DNA from: Sphingomicrobium sp.
GTDB lineage: Bacteria > Pseudomonadota > Alphaproteobacteria > Sphingomonadales > Sphingomonadaceae
Reading direction: 5' to 3'
Assembly: GCA_035554875.1 (NCBI GenBank)
Contig: DATMHP010000032.1
Coordinates: 1 to 61,147 of the forward strand
Length of the DNA stretch: 61,147 bases
Part shown: positions 9,373-17,298 of the stretch, one piece after another
How the letters are laid out: every line of letters begins with the position of its first letter
Numbering within the stretch: position 1 is the stretch's first letter
The notes under the pieces: model-generated
Told to the model about the DNA's origin: nothing
Databases searched by the model: none
Seen by the model: only the letters and a program-made list of their open reading frames with translations
Position numbers and translations under genes: made by a program

Positions 9373-11282
9373 GCGCCAAGGTGCTCCGCGACGGGCCGGA
9401 GTTCACCGGGCCGAAGCTGGAGTCCGCGCTGACCCTGACCTGGTCGCGGCCGCGCGGGCTGATCGGCTGGTTGGCAAGCGTCGATCACAAGGAAATCGGC
9501 GTCCGCTACATCGTCACTGCGCTGATCTTCCTCGCGCTCGCAGGTGCCATGGCGCTGCACATGCGCCTGCAGCTGATGGTGCCGGACAATACGCTGATGA
9601 GTGCGGAGCTCTTCAACGAGAGCTTCACGATGCACGGGACGACGATGATGTTCCTGTTCGCCGTGCCGGTCATGCAGGGCGTCCAGATCTACCTCACGCC
9701 GCTGATGGTCGGCACACGCAACATGGCGTTCCCGAGGCTGACGGCGTTCAGCTATTACATGTACCTTGCCGGCGGGCTGTTCCTGTGGGGCTGCCACTTC
9801 CTCGGCTTCGGACCCGACAACGGCTGGTTCTCCTATGTCCCGCTGGCCGGGCCGCAATACGGCATCGGCAAGCGGGCCGACGTCTGGGCGCAGACCGTCA
9901 CCTTCACCGAGGTCGCGGCGCTGGCGGTTGCGGTGACCCTGACGGCGACGATCCTGAAGCAGCGGGCGCCGGGAATGACGCTGGCGCGAGTGCCTCTCTT
10001 CGTGTGGGCGACCCTGGTCACCTCGTTGATGGTCATCTTCTCGATGCCGGCCGTCGCCCTGGATTCGGCGCTGCTGCTTTCGGACCGCCTCGTCGGCACG
10101 CAATTCTTCAATCCCGCCGAGCATGGCGATGCGCTTTTGTGGCAGCACATGTTCTGGTTCTTCGGCCACCCCGAGGTCTACATCATCTTCCTGCCGGCGA
10201 CCGGCTTCATCAGCGAGATCGTCACGACTTTCTCGCGCCGGTCGATGTTCGGGTATCCGATCGTCGTCCTGTCGCTCGTGGCGACCGGCATTCTCGCCTT
10301 CGGGTTGTGGGTCCACCACATGTTCGCGACCGGCCTGCCGAGGGTCGGCTACAGCTTCTACACGGCGGCGAGCATGTCGGTGTCGATCCCGACGGGCCTG
10401 CAGATTTTCTGCTGGATCGCTACCATCTGGCAGGGGCGGCCGAAGTTCGAGGTGCCGCTCCTCTACGTCATCGCCTTCTTCTTCACCTTCGTGATCGGCG
10501 GCCTGTCGGGGGTGATCATCGCGGCCGTCCCGCTCGATCTGCAGCTCCACGACACCTACTTCATCGTCGCCCACTTCCATTACGTGCTGATCGGCGGGTC
10601 GGTCTTCCCGCTGCTCGGCGCCATCACTTACTGGTATCCGAAGCTGACCGGACGGAGAATGTCCGAAGGGCTCGGGCGGATCGGCTTCTGGATGATCTTC
10701 CTGGGCTTCCAGCTGGCCTTCTTTCCGATGCACATCAGCGGGCTGCTGGGCATGCCGCGGCGGGTTTATACCTATCCGGCGGGGATGGGCCTGGAGCTTC
10801 CCAACATGCTGTCGACCATCGGCGCTTTCGTCGTCGGCCTCGCGGTCGTCCTTTTCGTTCTCAACATGATCATCTCGTTTGCCGGCGAGAAAGCGGGCGA
10901 CAATCCATGGGATGCGCCGTCGCTCGAATGGGCGACCAGCTCGCCGCCGGCCGAGTATAATTTCGCCCATATCCCGGCGGTCGAAAGCCGCACTCCGCTG
11001 TGGGACGACCGGACGAGGCTTCCGGTGGTTTACGGCCTGAAGGTCGAATCGCGCGAGCTTCTGCTCACAACGTTCGTCTCGGCGAGCACCGAAACGCGCG
11101 AGCCCAGCGCCATGCCCAGCATCTGGCCCTTCGTCTCCGCAATTGCGGTGACGGTCATGTTCGTCGGCTCTGTCTTCAGTCCGTGGGCAATTCCGTTCGG
11201 AATCCTTCCCGTCGGAATCGCGCTGACCGCATGGTTCTGGCCGAAGAAACCGGAGCCGAGCGAGGAGGCGGTGATCGCATGA
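9369..11282 (+). CDS. ctaD: Heme-copper oxidase subunit I (A-family-like, atypical proton channels)
   Basis: TMHG (H89), WFFGHPEVY (H267/E269/Y271), WVHHM, LHDTY, AHFHY, GMPRR; GTGA overlap with subunit II. Confidence 0.95.
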   Translation: MSAKVLRDGPEFTGPKLESALTLTWSRPRGLIGWLASVDHKEIGVRYIVTALIFLALAGAMALHMRLQLMVPDNTLMSAELFNESFTMHGTTMMFLFAVPVMQGVQIYLTPLMVGTRNMAFPRLTAFSYYMYLAGGLFLWGCHFLGFGPDNGWFSYVPLAGPQYGIGKRADVWAQTVTFTEVAALAVAVTLTATILKQRAPGMTLARVPLFVWATLVTSLMVIFSMPAVALDSALLLSDRLVGTQFFNPAEHGDALLWQHMFWFFGHPEVYIIFLPATGFISEIVTTFSRRSMFGYPIVVLSLVATGILAFGLWVHHMFATGLPRVGYSFYTAASMSVSIPTGLQIFCWIATIWQGRPKFEVPLLYVIAFFFTFVIGGLSGVIIAAVPLDLQLHDTYFIVAHFHYVLIGGSVFPLLGAITYWYPKLTGRRMSEGLGRIGFWMIFLGFQLAFFPMHISGLLGMPRRVYTYPAGMGLELPNMLSTIGAFVVGLAVVLFVLNMIISFAGEKAGDNPWDAPSLEWATSSPPAEYNFAHIPAVESRTPLWDDRTRLPVVYGLKVESRELLLTTFVSASTETREPSAMPSIWPFVSAIAVTVMFVGSVFSPWAIPFGILPVGIALTAWFWPKKPEPSEEAVIA

Positions 11283-11896
11283 GCCTCACCCCCGCCTTTA
11301 CCGAGGATGTGTCGAAGCTCGAATCGGACGGCTTCGGCCATCGTAGCCTGACCTGGTGGGGAGTCATCGGATTCATGGTGATCGAGGCCGCCGGCTTCGC
11401 ATTGCTGTTCGGCGCCTATTTCTTCCTGATGAGCCACGAGCAGAGCTGGGCGCCGCTGCCGTTGCGCCCGCCCGGTCTGCTCGCGGGGACATTGTTCACC
11501 ATCGTGATCCTGATCAGCGAAATCCCCAACACGATGGTGAAGAAGGCCGCGATGCGGCTGGACCTCGGCGAGGTCAGGCGGCTGCTGCCTTGGGTCGTCG
11601 GCTTTGGCGCGGTGCTGATCCTGATCCGCGCCTTCGAGTTCAACTCGCTGAACGTCTTCTGGTACGACAATGCCTACGGATCGATCCTGTGGGCGCTGCT
11701 TTTGATGCACACGACCCATCTCGGGACCGACTGGGCGGACACGTTCATCCTCTGGCGGCTGATGGTGACCCGGCACGGCGAGCAGAAGCGCCGCTTCGTC
11801 GATACTGACGAGAACGCCCTTTACTGGCGCTTTGTGTGGTTGAGCTGGCTGCCTGTCTACGTGCTCATCTACTGGCTGCCGAGGCTGTTCCAGTGA
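11279..11896 (+). CDS. Cytochrome c oxidase subunit III family protein
   Basis: Five-TM pattern WGVIGFMVIE...YGSILWALLLMHTTH...ENALYWRFVWLSW; ATGA overlap at 11279. Confidence 0.85.
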   Translation: MSLTPAFTEDVSKLESDGFGHRSLTWWGVIGFMVIEAAGFALLFGAYFFLMSHEQSWAPLPLRPPGLLAGTLFTIVILISEIPNTMVKKAAMRLDLGEVRRLLPWVVGFGAVLILIRAFEFNSLNVFWYDNAYGSILWALLLMHTTHLGTDWADTFILWRLMVTRHGEQKRRFVDTDENALYWRFVWLSWLPVYVLIYWLPRLFQ

Positions 11897-12228
11897 AGCG
11901 GCGAAGCGAGCTTGCCGACCTGTTCGTGCCGTGGGCTGGGCTCGCGGTCGGGATCGTCGCCGCAGCGATCGTCCACCAATTCGGTTCGGAAGGCGTCTTC
12001 AACCATTGCAAGCCGATCAGCCCGATTCCGCTCATCGTCGTCGCGCTGATTGGAATCGCCGTGACGGTCATGGCGGGCCTCGCATCGTGGCGGGTCATTC
12101 GTGGCGAGGAGGAGACGCCCGCCCGAAAGGTGGTCGCGGTCGTCTCGGTCGGCTCGGCGGCGCTTTTCGTTTTCTCGATGATCCTTCCGATCATCGCGTC
12201 CCTGGTCCTTCCGCCATGCTTCCAGTGA
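11893..12228 (+). CDS. Small three-TM membrane protein in the oxidase operon
   Basis: GTGA overlaps at both ends; three hydrophobic segments; Cys pair (FNHC...PPCFQ). Confidence 0.7.
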   Translation: MKRRSELADLFVPWAGLAVGIVAAAIVHQFGSEGVFNHCKPISPIPLIVVALIGIAVTVMAGLASWRVIRGEEETPARKVVAVVSVGSAALFVFSMILPIIASLVLPPCFQ

Positions 12229-13100
12229 AGCGCCTGATCCCGCTCTCGCTGCTCGCGGTCCCGGCCGCGGCTTGGGCGCATGCGGGGCACGAGCATTCGC
12301 GGACACCCGGGTGGGAGTTCGACCCGCTGGTCGTGATTCCGCTCGGGCTGGCTCTGGTCATCTTCGTGGTCGGATCGGTGCGGCTGGCTCGACGGTCGAA
12401 GGTCGACCGGCCGCGAACCTGGCTGTTCGTTGGCGGTTGGGCGGTGTTGATGCTCTCGCTTGTATCACCGCTCCATCAGGGCGGGGAGCAAAGCTTCGCG
12501 CTGCACATGATCGAGCACGAGCTGATCATGCTCGTCGCGACACTGCTTCTCGCTGCCTCGCATTCCGGCGGGGTGCTTGCGTGGGGGCTTCCGTCGCCGC
12601 TCCGGCGCGCGCTCGGCGGAAGCTGGAAGGCGCCGCTCGCGATCCTCTGGAAGCGGCTAACCGAGCCGGTGACCGCGACAATCGTCCAGGCGGTGGTGAT
12701 GTGGCTGTGGCACGCGCCTTTGCTGTTCGACCGGGCACTGGAGAGCAACGGCTGGCATGCGGCTCAGCATTTAAGCTTCGTCGCCGCGTCGCTGTTCTTC
12801 TGGGTGGCGATGCTGAATCCCAGGCGCGGCGGCTATCTGCTGTCTGCGGCTTGCTTGTTCGTGACGACGCTCGTGGAGGGCGCGCTCGGCGCTTTGATGG
12901 CGCTGTCCCAGAGCCCCTGGTATTCGGATTATGCGGCGATGGAGCTCAGCGGAATCGGCCTGGAGCCCACCACGGACCAGCAGCTCGCGGGCCTCATCAT
13001 GTGGATCCCGGGCGGCGTGCTTCACGGCGCGGCTGCGCTCCTTCTCCTCTACCACTGGCTCAAGACGAGCGAGGCAGGCCATGCGCTACGAGCCAATTGA
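12225..13100 (+). CDS. Cytochrome c oxidase assembly factor (caa3-type CtaG family)
   Basis: SPLH...FALHMIEHEL...WLWHAP...HAAQH...DQQLAGLIMWIPG signature; N-terminal AHAGHEH. Confidence 0.88.
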   Translation: MKRLIPLSLLAVPAAAWAHAGHEHSRTPGWEFDPLVVIPLGLALVIFVVGSVRLARRSKVDRPRTWLFVGGWAVLMLSLVSPLHQGGEQSFALHMIEHELIMLVATLLLAASHSGGVLAWGLPSPLRRALGGSWKAPLAILWKRLTEPVTATIVQAVVMWLWHAPLLFDRALESNGWHAAQHLSFVAASLFFWVAMLNPRRGGYLLSAACLFVTTLVEGALGALMALSQSPWYSDYAAMELSGIGLEPTTDQQLAGLIMWIPGGVLHGAAALLLLYHWLKTSEAGHALRAN

Positions 13101-13497
13101 GCGCAGCGCTGCGGCGATCGCCGTGCTGGTTGCAGGGGCGGCGCTGGCGATTGCCGTCGCCGACACGCTTCGCGGTCACGACAAGATGTGGACGCACGCC
13201 GCGGCCACGACCGCCGGCGATCCGCATCGCGGGCAGGCGATGTTCATCCAGTACGGTTGCGGCAGCTGCCACCACCTGACCTATGTCCGCAAGGCGACCG
13301 GGAAAGTCGGGCCATCGCTCGACGGAATAGCCGCTCAGGCCATCATCGCCGGAAAGCTCAGCAATACGCCGGACAATATGGTGCGCTGGATCGAGGACCC
13401 GCAGGCGATCACGCCCGGGTCCGGCATGCCGGACCTTCACGTCAGCAGCCGCGACGCCCGGGACATTACCGCATTCCTCTACACGCGCTCGAAGTAG
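13081..13497 (+). CDS. Membrane-anchored class I cytochrome c
   Basis: N-terminal TM helix, CGSCH, VGPSLDG, PGSGMP. Confidence 0.88.
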   Translation: MRYEPIERSAAAIAVLVAGAALAIAVADTLRGHDKMWTHAAATTAGDPHRGQAMFIQYGCGSCHHLTYVRKATGKVGPSLDGIAAQAIIAGKLSNTPDNMVRWIEDPQAITPGSGMPDLHVSSRDARDITAFLYTRSK

Positions 13498-13503
13498 CGG
13501 CGC

Positions 13504-13617
13504 CTACCAGATGTCGTTGATGGTCGCGGCGATGGCGAGCAGGCTCGTCAGGAGAACGGCGACCAGCGCCCAGGTTGCCCAGGCGGGCCACGACATGGCG
13601 GGTTCGGGCTTGTTCAT
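13504..13617 (-). CDS. Putative 37-aa single-pass membrane microprotein
   Basis: Below the ORF-track cutoff. Manual translation: MNKPEPAMSWPAWATWALVAVLLTSLLAIAATINDIW*; GC3-rich codons. Confidence 0.4.
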   Translation of the reverse strand: MNKPEPAMSWPAWATWALVAVLLTSLLAIAATINDIW

Positions 13618-13672
13618 GACCGGCGATCAACGCCCGCAACGGGCGGACGGTTCAGGTCGATGTCGTTGAGGA

Positions 13673-13748
13673 TGGTGGAGCCGAGGGGGATCGAACCCCT
13701 GACCTTCGCAATGCCATTGCGACGCTCTCCCAGCTGAGCTACGGCCCC
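13673..13748 (-). tRNA. tRNA-Ala (anticodon GGC)
   Basis: Reverse complement GGGGCCGTAGCTCAGCTGGGAGAGCGTCGCAATGGCATTGCGAAGGTCAGGGGTTCGATCCCCCTCGGCTCCACCA; G3-U70 Ala identity pair and encoded CCA. Confidence 0.97.
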
Positions 13749-13808
13749 ACACCTCTGATCGTCCGCGCCTTTAGGCGATGTTCTTCGCGGCGCAAACGCG
13801 AAATCCGA

Positions 13809-14126
13809 TCAGCTTTCCTCGTCTTCGTCGGCTTTGGTGACTCCGAGATCGTCATCGTCGGTCGCAAGGTCAACCTCGTCGTCCGCGCTCGGCTCCTCGT
13901 CCTCGTCCGGGACGAGCTCTTCGGCCTCTAGATCTTCGTCTTTCTTTTCCTTCGCTTGTGCTTCTCCCGCGTCGAAGGGCATCGGCTGCTTCGACTTGAG
14001 CACAGGCTCGGGAATCCACTCGGTCCCGCACTCGATGCAATGCACCGGGTCCTCGTTTCCAAGGTCGTAGAAGCGGGTCGAACATTTGGGGCAAGTACGC
14101 TTCGTGCCCCATTCCGGTTTGACCAT
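13809..14126 (-). CDS. TIGR02300/FYDLN acidic domain protein
   Basis: MVKPEWGTKRTCPKCSTRFYDL...CIECG plus acidic tail; start at ATG 14126. Confidence 0.9.
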   Translation of the reverse strand: MVKPEWGTKRTCPKCSTRFYDLGNEDPVHCIECGTEWIPEPVLKSKQPMPFDAGEAQAKEKKDEDLEAEELVPDEDEEPSADDEVDLATDDDDLGVTKADEDEES

Positions 14127-14233
14127 GAGGTCTCTAGCTCCAATCAGGCTGTTGCGCGCCGGCCTGACAGAGGCGCCAGCCGCGAGCGGCGCGCGCCTTG
14201 CCATAGGCATAAGGCGCTGTCAAAGCGCGCCGC

Positions 14234-14932
14234 TTGAACAACCGTTCCCCATCGAATGACGGCCAGCGGCGAAGCATCGTGATCGCCGTCGACGGACCGG
14301 CCGCAAGCGGCAAGGGCACCATTGCCCGCGCGCTCGCCGCGCATTTCAAGCTTCCGCACATGGACACGGGGACCCTGTACCGCGCCGCGGCCTTGAATCT
14401 CTGGCGCTGGGGAGGCGACCCGGCGAGCGAGTTCGAAGCGGTCCGCGCCTGCGGCGACGCCGGGTCGAACCTCGAGGACCCGGAGCTTCGGAGCGAGCCC
14501 GTCTCCCAGATTGCCTCGAAAATTTCGGCCTATCCGGCGGTTCGCGAGGCGCTGATCCAGCGGCAGCGCGATTTCGCCGCGCAACAGGGCGGGGCGGTGC
14601 TCGACGGACGCGACATCGGAACGGTGATCGCCCCAGGCGCCGACGCAAAATTGTTTGTGACCGCTTCGCTCGAAGTCAGGGCACAGCGGCGCATGCGCGA
14701 GCTCCTGGAGCGCGGGATGCCTGCGCATTACGAGGATGTGCTGCTCGATCTCAAGGCCCGCGACGAGCGGGACATGACGCGATCCGCAGCGCCGTTGGCA
14801 CAGGCGCCGGATGCCGATCTGCTCGATACCAGCGACCTCACGGTCGAGAACGCGGTGGCAAAGGCCATCAAGCTGGTCGAGGCGCGGCTTCGCCGGATGG
14901 CAGCGAACGACTCGCCAGCATCACAGCATTAA
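14234..14932 (+). CDS. cmk: Cytidylate kinase
   Basis: IAVDGPAASGKGT, DTGTLYR, DGRDIGTVI, RDERD. The real start may be GTG 14279. Confidence 0.95.
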   Translation: MNNRSPSNDGQRRSIVIAVDGPAASGKGTIARALAAHFKLPHMDTGTLYRAAALNLWRWGGDPASEFEAVRACGDAGSNLEDPELRSEPVSQIASKISAYPAVREALIQRQRDFAAQQGGAVLDGRDIGTVIAPGADAKLFVTASLEVRAQRRMRELLERGMPAHYEDVLLDLKARDERDMTRSAAPLAQAPDADLLDTSDLTVENAVAKAIKLVEARLRRMAANDSPASQH

Positions 14933-14999
14933 CGTCGCGAAGGCGCGGAATCGTTGCAGAGCATTGGCAAGATCCTGCGGCGCTTGCTAGCGAGCGGGA

Positions 15000-17222
15000 A
15001 TGCCCGATCCGCAGTCAGATTCCTTCATTGAAACCCCGTTCGATGCCGCGCTCTCGGAGCGGTACCTCGTTTATGCCCTGTCCACGATCACGGCGCGCTC
15101 GCTTCCAGACGTCCGCGACGGGTTGAAGCCGGTCCACCGGCGACTCCTCTGGGCGATGCGGCTGCTTCGTCTCGATCCGGCGGGGGCTTTCAAGAAATCG
15201 GCGCGCGTGGTCGGCGACGTGATCGGCAAATACCACCCGCACGGCGATGCGTCGGTCTATGACGCGATGGTCCGCCTCGCGCAGGATTTCGCGCTTCGCT
15301 ACCCTTTGGTCGACGGCCAGGGGAACTTCGGGAACATCGACGGCGATAATGCCGCGGCCTACCGATACACCGAGGCGCGGCTGACGGCGGTCGCGATGGA
15401 GCTGATGGCCGGGGTCGATGATGGCACCGTCGACTTCAGGCCTACCTACAATGGCGAGGAAGAAGAGCCGGAGGTCTTCCCCGGCCTGTTTCCGAATCTG
15501 CTCGCCAACGGCGCGAGCGGAATCGCGGTGGGCATGGCGACCTCTATCCCGCCGCACAATGTGTCGGAGCTGATCGATGCGGCCGTCCACCTGATCGACA
15601 ATCCGAAGGCGGAAGATTCGGCGCTGATGGACTTCGTCGGCGGGCCCGATTTTCCCACGGGTGGAGTCCTGGTCGACAGCCGCGAGTCCATTGCCGAGGC
15701 CTATGCGACCGGCCGCGGTTCCTTCCGGCTTCGTGCAACGGTCAGTCAGGAGAAGGAAAAGGGCGGGGCCTGGCACCTTCTGGTCAGCGAAATTCCTTAC
15801 GGGGTCCAGAAGGGGAAGCTGATCGAGCAGATCGCCTCCCTGATCGCGGACAAGAAGCTTCCGATCCTCGCCGACGTGAAGGATGAGAGCGCCGAGGAAG
15901 TGCGGTTGATCCTGGAGCCGCGGAGCCGCACGGTCGATCCCGAACTCCTTCTCGAGAGCCTCTACCGGACAACAGATCTGGAGGTGCGGTTCCCGCTCAA
16001 CCTCAACGTGCTGGACGCCTCCCGGACGCCGGTGGTGATGAGCCTCAAACAGGCGCTCGCCTCCTGGCTCGAGTTCCAGTTCCAGGTGCTGGTCCGCAAG
16101 AGCCAGGTCAGAATCGGCAAGATCGACGACCGGCTTGAGCTTCTCGACGGCTTCCTCGTCGCCTTCCTCAACCTCGACCGGGTGATTGCGATCATTCGCG
16201 GCGAGGATGAACCCAAGCCGGTGCTGATGGCGGAATTCTCGCTTTCCGACCGGCAGGCGGAAGCGATCCTCAACATGCGCCTCCGAAGCTTGCGCAAGCT
16301 CGAGGAGATGGAGATCGGCCGCGAGCGCGAGGCGCTTCGCAACGAACGCGACGAGCTTGCCAAGCTGATCGAAAGCCCCGCGCGCCAGCGCACCCGCCTC
16401 AAAAGGGACCTCGCTGCGATCCGGCAGAAGTTCGGCGACGAGCGCCGGACCCGGATCGAGGAATCGGCGGCTCCGCGCGAGATCGACTGGTCGGCGATGA
16501 TTGAGAAGGAGCCGATCACGGTCATCCTCTCGCAGCGCGGCTGGATTCGCTCGATGAAAGGCCATGTCGCGCTTGAGGAGGTCGAGCAGCTGAAGTGGCG
16601 CGAGGGCGACGGGCCATTCATCCACTTCCACGCCCAGACGACAGACAAGCTGGCGCTCTTCGGCGACAACGGCCGCGCCTACACCCTTGCGGGCGATAAG
16701 CTTCCGGGCGGGCGCGGCTTCGGAGAGCCGGTCCGGCTCCAGATCGACCTTGAGCCCGAGGCCGAAATCGTGAACCTCCTCGTGATCGGTCCGGGAATGA
16801 AGCTGCTCCTCGCTTCGAGTGACGGGCGTGGATTCATCGCTTCGGGCGAAGCGACGATCGCCGAGACTCGCAAGGGCAAGCAGCTCGTGAACCTCCGACC
16901 CGGCGGGAAACTGTCGGTCGTCCGGCCGATCCCAGTAGGAGCGGACGCGGTCGCCGTGGTCGGCGAGAACCGCAAGCTGCTGGTCTTCGCGGTCTCCGAC
17001 CTGCCAGAATTGGCGAGAGGGCAGGGCGTCATGCTCCAGCGCTATCGCGACGGCGGTTTGTCGGACGCGATCGCGTTCCGCCTCTCTGATGGGCTCAGCT
17101 GGAGCCTGGGCGGCGAGAGCGGACGAACTCGGACCGAAATCGATCTCACGCCTTGGCGCGCCGCCAGGGGAGCGGCCGGACGGATGCCGCCCCTCGGCTT
17201 CCCGCGGAGCAACCGCTTTTAG
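15000..17222 (+). CDS. parC: DNA topoisomerase IV subunit A
   Basis: [32 protein letters not shown]; no GyrA box and a short C-terminal domain. Confidence 0.95.
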   Translation: MPDPQSDSFIETPFDAALSERYLVYALSTITARSLPDVRDGLKPVHRRLLWAMRLLRLDPAGAFKKSARVVGDVIGKYHPHGDASVYDAMVRLAQDFALRYPLVDGQGNFGNIDGDNAAAYRYTEARLTAVAMELMAGVDDGTVDFRPTYNGEEEEPEVFPGLFPNLLANGASGIAVGMATSIPPHNVSELIDAAVHLIDNPKAEDSALMDFVGGPDFPTGGVLVDSRESIAEAYATGRGSFRLRATVSQEKEKGGAWHLLVSEIPYGVQKGKLIEQIASLIADKKLPILADVKDESAEEVRLILEPRSRTVDPELLLESLYRTTDLEVRFPLNLNVLDASRTPVVMSLKQALASWLEFQFQVLVRKSQVRIGKIDDRLELLDGFLVAFLNLDRVIAIIRGEDEPKPVLMAEFSLSDRQAEAILNMRLRSLRKLEEMEIGREREALRNERDELAKLIESPARQRTRLKRDLAAIRQKFGDERRTRIEESAAPREIDWSAMIEKEPITVILSQRGWIRSMKGHVALEEVEQLKWREGDGPFIHFHAQTTDKLALFGDNGRAYTLAGDKLPGGRGFGEPVRLQIDLEPEAEIVNLLVIGPGMKLLLASSDGRGFIASGEATIAETRKGKQLVNLRPGGKLSVVRPIPVGADAVAVVGENRKLLVFAVSDLPELARGQGVMLQRYRDGGLSDAIAFRLSDGLSWSLGGESGRTRTEIDLTPWRAARGAAGRMPPLGFPRSNRF

Positions 17223-17298
17223 CAATCGCCGGATAACCGCCGCCATTTACGCTTAAGCGGATACTTTGAATTAACCGCTCTCGTTCATAGCGGCCTTC

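Noticed and set aside
9369-11282. Subunit I as a nitric oxide reductase or a pseudogene
   Set aside because: The cross-link Tyr in HPEVY and the A-family layout with CuA/cytochrome c subunit II are retained; the frame is intact and coupled to its neighbours.
8089-13497. Long N-terminal extensions in the ORF track (8089, 11000, 11836, 11931, 12931; also 28791, 43171, 46843, 59267) suggesting fusions or frameshifts
   Set aside because: Each gene has a better internal start at or near the previous stop; the extensions are just open frames over the upstream gene.
5930-13748. Active integrative element or prophage at tRNA-Ala
   Set aside because: No integrase, transposase or phage gene, and no long att duplication found.
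15015-17246. 743-aa antisense ORF spanning parC (also 3368-4825, 9351-10970, 17146-18615, 27740-29155, 28998-30617 and similar)
   Set aside because: Shadow ORFs opposite well-supported genes, expected from high-GC codon bias; no motifs or RBS.
17253-17276. CtrA box upstream of the GGDEF/EAL gene
   Set aside because: The two TTAA half-sites are 14 nt apart, not 7; suggestive only.
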